Of a stretch of 64,000 nucleotides of DNA, positions 53,395-64,000 are shown one piece after another. The notes under the pieces were generated by a model. The model worked only from the letters and a program-made list of their open reading frames with translations, was not told where the DNA came from and ran no database searches. The position numbers and the translations under genes are program-made. How positions within the stretch are numbered: the stretch's first letter is position 1; each line of letters begins with the position of its first letter. The stretch comes from Octopus sinensis (Eukaryota): positions 96,596,001 through 96,660,000 of the forward strand of contig NC_043003.1 of NCBI RefSeq assembly GCF_006345805.1, in the 5' to 3' direction.

Positions 53395-56344
53395 ACACAC
53401 ACACACACACACACACTATATATATATATATATATATATAATAATAATGATAATAATAATAATATTAGGGAATATGGCTCCAAACTTACAGGGAAAAATT
53501 AGATTTAGGATTAAATCAAATTTCACAGTATAAATATAAATTAAATTAATTTTATCTTTAATTTATATATATATATATATATAGAATGAAGAGATATTTC
53601 CACGCAGGAAAAAAATACAGGACAATTTGTTTTTGAAAATACACCTAAATTTTGAAAAATATGTTTAATTTAAATAAATTTATTTACTTACATACCAAAC
53701 TAGTTTCAGCAATTTTTTTTTATTTATCAATAAAATAAAATGATTTTAAGAGAATTTAAAAGTAGGAAGTACAAAACATGTTTAAAAGAATTTTTTTCAG
53801 TTTATCGTATTTCGATACGAAAAAATTCAAAACCTTCCGTCTCAATAAAGCACTGTTGTCCCTGAAAGTTGTTTTTTTATATTTACTACTGATTGCTTGA
53901 AACTAACATTCTTCCTACACCTCGATCCTTGGATCTTACACACACACACACATACACACACACACACACATTTTATTAAAGTCACTTGCAGCTTTAATAA
54001 AAAATATATTTCTCTATATATTTGGTATTCGAGTATTATTTGTCCACCTTGTTTTGAATTTATCTGCATTTATTTGCAAACACACACACACACATACACA
54101 CACACACTACCATTATCTTTCATATGTACGTACATACATAAATAAATACATACATTATGCAAGTGTGTTTTTGTGTGTGTATGATTTAATACAACACACA
54201 CACACACACATATACACTCATTGTCGGCGAAGGTAAAGAATACGCACTCTTCACCTCCGCTCCATTATCTTTCATATACAGGAACCTGTATAACGACACG
54301 AACACCCATTATTTTCACGAAGGTCTGCGTGTGCGTGTGTGTGTATGAGTGTATGTGTGCTATGATAACACGTGTGTGTGTGTGTGTGTGTGTGCGTGTT
54401 AATCTTTGCGTGTTGTAAGGCTTAGTATTGTTTAAGGTCAAGGAAGAAGGAATTGGGAGTGGCTCTTTTTCTCTCCACCCCAGGTCAGTAGTAGGTACTG
54501 CTAGTTTGAAGTATGTGTGTGTGTGCGTGTATGTATATGTATCGTGTGTGTTTTTGTTGGTAGTGTGTGTGTGTGTATGTATGTGTGTGTGCGTGTGTGC
54601 TTGTACGCGCGTATGTGTGTACACATGTATGTATAATTGTGTGCCGTGTGTATGGGATGTATGTGTGGGTTCATTTGTGTGTGTGTGTATGTATGTGCGT
54701 GCGTGTAGTTGTGTGTGCGTGTACGTGCGCGTTTGTATGTGTGTGTGTAAGCGTATATGGGTGTATATACGTGGGGTTGTGAGTGTTGGGTATGTGCATT
54801 TGTGTGCGTGTATGCCTGCGTATGTGTGCGCATGTTTTTGTGTGTGCGTGTGTGTGTGTCTGTGTCTATATGTGTATACGTATGTGTATGTGTGTGTGCG
54901 TGTATATATTCATGCACATTTATAAGCATACAAGTGTCTGTAGCATTTTAGCCATATACGTCTATACGGAATGCTTTCTCAAGTCGAATACCACAGTATT
55001 GTGGCGTTCTTACAGCATATCCACGTTAAGTAAGATATGCAGATTGCTATGCGTTACTAATGCTGCTTCCGTCGTTAATAACGAATATATATATATATTT
55101 ATATATACACATGTACTTTTATATGTATATATCTACTTTCATATCTGCATTGTCTTTTTGGATCCATAAATGATGATAAAATATAAAAAAAAAAACTAAG
55201 GAATACTGCAATGTCTGAGTTTGTGTGTGTGGGGGGGGATAGGGGGAATCAGTGAGTTGTGGTGTAAGTAGTGCAAACGAAGGGGAACTAATTATTGAAG
55301 AAGAGATGTTGAAAAGTGCCTAAAATTTGTAATAAGAATGGGATCGCTTGAAATACGATGGCATTAGAGAAGCCCACGTGAAATGAGAAAAGAAATAGTA
55401 ATGGGAACACGCGGCAAAATGCGCACAAGTCAACTCACATGACATATCTACACAACTGTGCCCCAAAGATTTGCTTCTTCATAACCTTGTGAAAATTAAA
55501 TATTCCTTTTCTACAAATATGCTTCAGATCACCATTGGACCTTGTTGTATGTATGTATATATAAATATATGTATGTATATATAAATATATGTGTGGATAT
55601 GTACATACATACACACACACATTCAGCTTTTTGCTTTTATTCATTACTGTTTTCTTTTAATCGTCTGTTATTATTCGTCTGTTTTAGTTTTTGTTTTTGT
55701 TTTCGGGGTTTCACTTTAGCGACTCCAGTTACACATGTTCCCAAGAATTTGCTTGGCGTCATCAAAGTGGAAAAAGTGTTTTTAAGTTTTGAAAATATGA
55801 AACAAAACGGCATGATTTTTTAAAATTAACTGTCGCAGAGATGTGAAAATATGGCTACTACTTGTTAATTTCAAATTAAACTTACCAAAGACAAGGGTCT
55901 TCCAGTATCCCACTAGCACCCCAAGTCTCTTAACGCTCCACAACTGCCCCTTTGCTCCAAAAGCCCCCCCCCCTCGCGCTCCAAATGCCCCACCCCACTC
56001 CGGGGGCCATATGGCCCTCGTTGAGAAGCGTTGAATTAAAGAATCTGATATTATTTGGAATTGCCAACCTTTAGGAACTCATTGATTCAAGAGCCGCACA
56101 CAAGACAGCATAGTCAGGCACTCCCATCCAAACAATAAAAACCAGTTTTTAAGGCTAAATATAATACAATATAGAAATCAAAAGAAATTTGAACAGTAAT
56201 GAATGTAAGCCACTTTCCCCAGTGTTTGAAGGTTTTATTTGATACAAAATAGTTGAAAATATTACAGACTGAAAAGTAGGTTAAAATATATCATGCAAAT
56301 TTGGCAACTCATGTGAATCTTTTCTCTCCACCTACAGTTGACAG

Positions 56345-59300
56345 GCATAGTCACAGTATATAGTCACGGCTGTTGTTTTCGAACTCTACTGAGGCGCGGG
56401 CATACCATCTAGCCGCTGATAGGGCTTGGCGCGAAAACAGAATCACCTTTTGGTCACGATCTGACCTACCATCTGAGGTACGCCCAAAGCTAAGATCTGT
56501 AGCTTCTCTAAATCGCAATGCTGTGACACAGAAAAGCTTTAGCCTACGCGACGATGTGCAAATACGGAAACTCGTCAAGTCTGGTGAGTCGTGGATAAGG
56601 GATATCAGTTGGTCTGAGCATACTGCACCCACAATAACTGGCAATACGAAAATCATGGGAAACTAAACAAGAACAATCAGCCATCCCCAGTATATCATCG
56701 TCATCTGAAATCCAGATACAAACTGTTGTCCTTGAATGCCTGTAGTTTATGCAGTAAGGTACATCTTTTTGACTTTTATGTCAAAAGTATCGACCCAGAT
56801 TTCATCACAGTCACGGAAACATGGGCACATTCTGCACTCTGTGATGGGGTTGTCAGCATAGCTGGCTACAACCTGTTCCGCAAAGACCGCATCAATCGCC
56901 GTGGTGGGGACGTGATGGTCTACGTTCGTTCAAATCTATCGGCAATTCCTTGTGATGATTTGAACCAATCTCAACAGGAAGTATTTTTCTTCAATATACA
57001 CATGACCATGTCAGCACTTCTACTTGAAGTTGTTTACCCTCCCACCAAAATTATCATCAAGGCACACAGTTTTTGATATCCTCAGAGTTTTTGCCATGAA
57101 AACAGCCACTTATGTTTATATTGCGGGGGACTTCAATTTCCCTGAGATTGACTGGGAGGCCTTCCGTTGGCCACAAAGTGCAGACGATTTCCTTGAACTG
57201 GTGCTGAATTCAAATTGGTCCCAAGTCGTTACCTTCCCCACAAGGGGTAACAACACTTTGGATCTGTTATTTACCGCTTCTCCTGAAACAAATATTAGTG
57301 TCACTACTGAAGATCATGGCCGACTTCTCTCTGATTGGTTGTAACAAAAAACAAAAACCATCTTCAAACTGCCCGCTTCGACTGGAATAAAGCAGACTGG
57401 AACTCTTATTGTACCGAGCTGCGATGCCTAAACTGGCTCGAATTTTATGCCTCTGGAGATGTGAACACTATACTTCAGAACACCTTGAATTCAATATGGA
57501 CGGCATGTGCAGTATCAGTACCACGCAAGCACAAGAAAATCACCCAATAGTGCAATTTAGGAGACTGCAGCAGTCCGACGTACCAGGAAAGAACGCCGTA
57601 ATGCTGAACAGGAATACAAGATGCACAAATCAGAGATCAACAGGAAAAAGCGCAATAGATCATCCAACCATCTCAAGCAGTTGACAAAAAGGGCAGTGCT
57701 TGAATTCGAACAGCGCATAGCAACCAACCCTGACAGCAAAGTGTACTGAAAGTATGTACATTCAAAACAGAGGCCTCACTCGCCAGTTGGCCCTCTTCGC
57801 AATCTCCACACAGGCCAGATTACTGACAATCCCAAAGAATGTGCAGAAATCATTGCTAGATGCTATGCAGGCATGTTTACTGTCGAAGATCAAAATGTTC
57901 CATCTCCATTACCTCTGACACCGGACTCTATAATTACTATGAAATTTACACCAGCAATGTTACAACGCCACCTTAAGAATAAACGTAACTATGCCTCTCC
58001 TGGTCTCGACGGTATCACATACCTACTTCTCAAACGCGGTGGGTACTTTCTTCTAAACCAACTTTCACTATTCTTTCAATTCTGTCTTGACAATAGTGTT
58101 ACTCCAGAGCAGTGGAAAACTGCCAGTGTTATCCCTCTGTTCAAAAAAGGTGACCGCACATCGCCTGTCAACTATCGCCCCGTCAGTCTTACTAGTTGCA
58201 TCGTCAAACTGATGGAATCCTGTGTCAGAGAAACCCTCTGGAACTTCTGCAAATCTCACAGTCTCATCCAGCCGTCACAATTTGGATTTATTCCTAACTC
58301 CAGCTGCTGTCAACTCATCAAGTTTCTTGAGGACTTTACCCGAATCACTCCTGGGTAGATGTTGTTTACCTGGACTTTGCTAAGGCTTTTAATTCTGTGC
58401 CACACAAAAGACTTATGGTGAAACTCTCTGCAATGGGTGTAAGAGATGATCTCTATAACTGGTTGAAATCCTTCATTATCGGCCGAAAAGAAGTTGTCAT
58501 ACTTCAAGGACAGCACTCTTCACCCTATGAGATGACATCTGGTGTACCACAGGGATCTATTCTTGGTTCCCTTTTATTTGTTACATATGTTAATGACATA
58601 GATGCCAAGTTAAAGATGCCAGTGCTGAAATATGCAGATGACATCAAGCTGTACCTCGAAATAAAGAAGACAGATCCTGTACACTATAGATCTTTATTGC
58701 AATTAGACCTGGACACAATGTAGCAGTGGATCATGGACTGGCAACTCAAGCTGGCTGTGGACAAATGTACCACCATGCATTTTGGGAGGAAAAGCCCAAG
58801 TCTACTTACTCCCTCCACAATACTAATCTCAAAAACTCTTCTTGTGAACGTGACCTGAGCATTATTGTCGACAGCGATTTGCGTTGGACAAAACACATCG
58901 CTAAAATTGCCTAGAAGGCTGAGAGTGTCTTGGCATTACTTACCAAGTCCTTTGTGAGCTGCTCTCCGGTTATCTATCTGAGGCTTTATATAGCTATGGT
59001 GCGGCCTCACCTGGAATTTGCATCACCGGTCTGGAATCTCTATCTTACCCAGGATATTAATCGTCTGGAAGCCGTTCAGCGACGTGCAACCAAGAGAATG
59101 CCCTCCATCAAGCATTTGCCATATTCTGAACGCCTTACTTCCCTGAGCATGGATACATTGAAACTCCGACGTCGGGCAGCTGACTTGGCAGGCACCTATA
59201 AAATTATTAACCATCCTACTAACTTTTCAAACTCCACCTGTCTAACACCCGTGGACATGTTTACAAAGTCAGAAAACAGCACAGCTCCCATGACTTTCGG

Positions 59301-59575
59301 AAACATTTTTTCACACTAAGAGTTGCTGAAGCATGGAACAGACTGCCGGCATTCAGTTGTTAGTTGTCGGAGCACTGCATCCTTCACAACTTCCATGCTT
59401 CCTTAGATTCGCCAACACTACACCTGATTTTCTCCCCTCCATACACACGCAAGCATGTATTTAACTCATACACTGTTCACTTCCCAGACATTTGTACATT
59501 ACTGCATATGCATTATACGCACTTTTGACAAGTTGTGGTGGACCTGAGCACTGTATACAACAATTTCTTTATATG
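56345..59575 (+). mobile_element. CR1-clade LINE (ORF1 end, APE + RT ORF2 remnant, 3' UTR)
   Basis: ITVTETW, RKDR..RRGG, AGDFNFPEIDW, PTRGNNTLDL, NYRPVSLTS, YLDFAKAF, SGVPQGSILG, YADDIKLY, VRPHLEFASPVWN, VQRRATK; multiple stops. Confidence 0.93.
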
Positions 59576-59595
59576 TTATATTATATTATATTATA

Positions 59596-60106
59596 CTAGC
59601 AGTATCGCCCGGCGTTGCTCGGGTTTGTAAGGGAAATAACTATATAAGCATTTTTAGAGAGTTACTTCCCTTATAGACACCAATTCGGGCTTTCTTAGCC
59701 ATTTCTGTTTTGGTGTCTTCAAGCCATGAAGTCGTTGTTCTAAAAGAACGCTGGTCTCCTTGACAACGCTTTACGACGTTGATTTCCTTACACTCCCTTC
59801 CCCACAGCTTCACGAGGGAGGGAAGAAGGGGGAGAAGCAAACAGGTGCAGGTGTGACCATGGACGCCAACTCCGCCGCCATCGACACACGAAAAATTATG
59901 CATTAAAATGGAATAAAAAATTATGTTAAATTATTTTTAAAATCGTAGACTCATCGTAGACGCGCGCTAATACTCAGACGGGCTCGATATGAATCCCGAC
60001 TATAAGATACCCGAATTTGGTTAAACTGCACCGCAAAATGTGGGAGTAGTTAGGAATCTAAATCGAAGGGGACAGACACTTACACAACTACAGTTTTATA
60101 TATATA
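59596..60106 (-). mobile_element. Non-autonomous Helitron, subfamily 2
   Basis: 3' hairpin cccgagcaacgccggg + CTAG at 59596; 5' tatatataaaactg; internal sequence differs from 30148. Confidence 0.75.
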
Positions 60107-60476
60107 CTAGCAGTATCGCCCGGCGTTGCTCGGGTTTGTAAGGGAAATAACTATAAAGCATTTTTAGAGAGTTATAGCCAAAAAATGGAAAAAAAATGAT
60201 GGTAAATTTTTTTTTTAGTTAAAAAGGTCGACTTGCGTCCCCTAGACAGTCTGTGGTTTGTGTTTCTGATTCTCAACCCCATGTCGAATTTATCGATTTT
60301 TTTCAGAACTGGGGGAACTTTTCAAAATTTTCGCTGCGTTAGTTTTGAATTATGACATTGGGCTATGTGTGTGTCAAGTTTCATCAGAATCGGTTGAAAG
60401 CCGTGGTCAGGGTGAGGGTACAACCTGACAGACACACAGAAACACGCACAGACAAACTGCCGTTTATATATAGAGA
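60107..60476 (-). mobile_element. Non-autonomous Helitron, same subfamily as 30148-30535
   Basis: CTAG at 60107, TC 5' end at 60476; near-identical body. Confidence 0.85.
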
Positions 60477-61055
60477 TATTATATTATATTATATTAAGAA
60501 AATATTATTGTATCATTTCTCTCTGAAGAGTACGCAACTACATACGTCAATATTGCTATAAATACAAGGCGTTCCCCCTTATCGAAGATATTTGCTGTCG
60601 AATGTATGTACAGAACATAATAAAAACTGCACAATAAAGACTTGCCTTCTGCTTCAAGACCACAAAATATTTTATCACCGATCAACATTAATACTCTACA
60701 ACCCTCTGCCGTGACGCTCAATGGATTGCTGTACCTAAATCTGGGAAGGAGCTCTTTGCTACACACGATTGACAACTTAAAAAAGCCACTAGGTCAGAAG
60801 CTTCTAGTCATAATATTTTCTTTCCTATAGTTACTGCACGAAGCTGGTTTATATTATGTCACATCACATCTCCTTCTCTTGTCGTCTGTATTGTTCATCC
60901 AGACACCGCACTAACCCCTCAAATAGGTTTTACTCCCCAGAACTACTCACGATTTCCATACAACTGTTGACTTGCGACTATTCAACAGTTAAGTTTACTG
61001 CGAAGCGAAAGGCATAGCTCTAAGGTCAACTTTCAATGACATTATTTACTATGTA

Positions 61056-62343
61056 CGAGGGACGTTCAATAAGTAATCACCCTGACCCACTTGCAATTGT
61101 TTGATCTAGCTGAAATTTTGCATGTGCACTTATTTATACCTGTATAGATTAAGTGGTGAATTACAGCTCTGAACTGATTGTGGTTTCTGATTTACAGGTG
61201 TTTGAACCGAGTCAAGTGTGAAATGGAGCCTGTTGAGTGTCGAGCAGTGATCCGGTTTTTGTATTTGAAAGGACGCACACCACGGGAGACTTTTGATGAA
61301 AGTAACTTATGGTGATGATGCCTCATCATATGACCTTGTAAAACGCTGGCATCGTGAATTCAAACATGGTCGGAACTCTGTGGAAACAGCTCCCAGATCT
61401 GGTCACCCCCCTTCTGCCATTGATGAGGCATCTGTCCGTCAAGTTGAAGCTGCCATTTTGGAAGATCGACGCATAACAATTCGCCAAATAGCCCATCAGG
61501 TCAAGATTAGTACCGGGCCTGTGGAAACTATCATTCATGACCATTTGCATATGCAAAAGGTGTCTGCCAGATGGATTCCCAGGTTGCTCACACCTTTCCA
61601 GAAGCAAGAACGCGTCAAGTGCTCGAGGATGAATTTAGAGATGTGCCAAGAAGATGAGTCAAAATTTTTCAAAAGACTGATTACACAGGATGAAACCTGG
61701 GTCCATCACTATGATCCAGAGACCAAAGCCCAGTCAATGCAGTGGAAGCACCGTGACTCACCTCCTCCAAAGAAGGCAAGGGTGTAGCTCTCCGCTGGCA
61801 AGGTCATGCTCACAGTCTTCTGGGACCAGGACGGAGTAGTGATGACAGATTTCCTGGTAAAGGGTACCACAATTACAGGAGCCTATTATGCTTCACTTTT
61901 GAGGAAATTAAGAGAAGCTATCAAAATCAAGAGGCGGGGCAAGATCAGCAAAGGCATCCTCCTCCTGCAGGACAACGCTCCGGTCCACAACTCGCGTGTC
62001 GCTAGATCAGAAGCACAGGCGTGTGGCTATGAACTCCTCCCCCATCCCCCCTACTCTCCTGACCTTGCACCCTCTGATTTTCACCTCTTCCCAGCCATGA
62101 AGTTGTTTTTGAAAGGAAAGCGTTTCCCAGATGATGCAGCCTTGATTTCTGAAGTCACGTCGTGGTTGGAGGACCAAGCTGGGGTATTCTACAAAAACGG
62201 TCTCCAGAGCTGCATCAAACGATGGGAGAAATGCGTAACTCTGGGTGGTTCCTATGTAGAAAAAGACTAATAACTGTGCTAAATTTCGTTGCTCTACTGT
62301 TATGGGAAGTGGGTCAGGGGCATTACTTATTGAACGCCCCTCG
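61056..62343 (+). mobile_element. Full-length 1288-bp mariner with TA TSDs; transposase 61223-62270 disabled
   Basis: 33-bp TIRs CGAGGGACGTTCAATAAGTAATCACCCTGACCC / mirror with 3 mismatches; WIPRLL, TQDETW, QDNAP, YSPDLAPSDFHLF; one frameshift near 61280 and a TAG at 61785. Confidence 0.96.
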
Positions 62344-62602
62344 TAGTCTGTTGAGATTAGATCAATGACTTCTGCGGGGCAAAGTAAACATGATAAATGA
62401 AGTGAAAAGTTTCAATCAAGATTCAAATATTTTAGGCAAATATGGTTCACTAGAAGTTTACATGCGCAGGCATTTATCAAATTTACCTAATTGATTATTT
62501 TATGAAACCTAGCAACTGAGATAATTATATAGTTAAAAGGAACAATTAAATATAAAAAAAAAACAGATGCGAGTATATTTTATATTTAAAATTATTACTT
62601 AC

Positions 62603-62915
62603 AGCTTGTCTCCATATATGATGGTGTAGATGTACTGACGACTGAACTTTGAATAGTGAACGTAGCATCCCATAAACCATAACGGTGGCAAGTTTTATTA
62701 CTGGAAATATAAACAAAATTACCACATTCTGGTAATCTACATTTTCCTGCACAATCCAAAGAACTTCTGGCTGGTTTAGGAGACAAATTGTAACCGACGA
62801 GCGACTGAAACCTATAACCTTTAAACCGTCGAAATTGCAGACTTTTAAAAGCTTGATCATTCTTGATACTTGAAAACAATAAAACAAAGATTCCAATCAC
62901 AGCTCCTCTACTCAT
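62603..62915 (-). CDS. Host gene coding exon 1: signal peptide + PAN/Apple domain (secreted protein)
   Basis: ATG at 62915; MSRGAVIGIFVLLFSSIKNDQA is a hydrophobic leader; SSLDCAGKCRLPECGNFVYISSNKTCHRY has PAN cysteine spacing; ends AGC T|gtaagt (phase 1 donor, 62602-62597). A pyrimidine tract and TAG acceptor near 62936 imply an upstream non-coding exon. Confidence 0.85.
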
Positions 62916-64000
62916 TATGCAAGTCGCGTTTGCTTCTAAATTCCTTCGAGAAAAAGAAGAGAAAAATTGTATTGTTAAAGATTTTGAATCAACAAAATAG
63001 ATAAATGACAAAGGTTATAAATCATCAGGCTGGAACTAAGTTCTGGATTTGTTAGTGTTATCGATTATATTTATAAATATGGGTAGATGTCAGGAGCTAT
63101 ACTGTTGTGGAATAAATTTCGAAGGTTAACAGTTATAGGAGTGGATGTTTAAACAAAGAGTCTAGTGCAAGATTTGCTGATGAGACAAAGGTAGAAAAGA
63201 TAGCTACTTTGCAGGCACTTTGGCATGAAGCCATCTTGTTCGAACGCAATTGCAGAGGCTGTGAAAATGTTGGAAGAAGAAACAGCAGACCTGTGAGCTA
63301 GTATTCGAAGCGTATTTGTGAAGGAACTATTTCTACAAAGCAAGTGCGGGGTGACATGGTTTAGGATTGGCCCAGATATATTAGATGTATTGAAGTGTTT
63401 TATTTGAACCAGCATCTGATGAGACATTATGTATTTTATGGAACTGAATAAAAATCCTTATCTTTGAGATAAGTTTTAGCGATGTTGTATATGTAAGGTG
63501 ACCTTGAGAAATCATCAGAGATTGCAAAGTGTAGCGTTTATAGTAACTCTAACTTTCATAATTTTAAATTTATGCTAATACAGAGTGTAGAGCACTCCAG
63601 CTTCTTTGATAAATGTAGTGGTTGTTTATTTATACTGATGAAGAAAACGTGTTTGTTACCGAAGTATGTTTCCGTAATTTATTAGTATAGAAGAAGAACA
63701 GGTCTTGTGAGAAACGATTTGGTCTTGGATGCGTGTGGATGTCGTCTGTATGCAAAAGATTACGGATGAGCAGAGATTTACAGCATCTGGATAAGATGTA
63801 TGCAACTAAATATAATAATTAGTGGAAAATATGTGAGAGAGATGAGAAATTTAGGATACCAGAAAATTTCACAGAATATGAGTCGGACAGAAACACAAAG
63901 CGCATTCTCCGATGGAAAGGTATGACTGAAAATGTCCAATTTGAGATGTGAGAGACGGACAAAGACAATAGGCAGACAACCCGGGTCGGTATTCATATAT

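Noticed and set aside
63149-64000. Possible Penelope-like remnant and CTGATGA words at ~63511 and ~63636
   Set aside because: Only vague thumb-like similarity; no recognisable RT motifs and no foldable HHR.

Overview
AT-rich, repeat-dense animal genomic DNA. The SINE families and microsatellite load best fit an octopod cephalopod (inference); there is one 100-N scaffold gap at 27222-27321. One host gene can be fully reconstructed on the minus strand: 5 coding exons (62915-62603, 41157-40988, 35937-35771, 34631-34474, 31795-31749), all GT-AG with compatible phases. It encodes a 284-aa secreted protein with a signal peptide, a PAN/Apple module and an uncharacterised mollusc-type C-terminal domain. 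The rest is mostly transposon-derived: CR1-, RTE-, HERO- and R4/Dong-type LINEs, Penelope-like elements (PLE), a full-length mariner, Helitrons, several tRNA-SINE families and very long (TA)n tracts. The most striking unexplained layer is about 11 type I hammerhead-ribozyme (HHR) motifs from several sequence families, all with a self-complementary stem III. They occur as (i) two canonical HHRs in a 538-bp near-perfect palindrome, (ii) one variant HHR per monomer in a ~539-bp tandem/inverted array, (iii) the tail of a tRNA-headed SINE, and (iv) three sense-oriented motifs inside intron 2 of the host gene. Ribozyme activity and expression are untested inferences.
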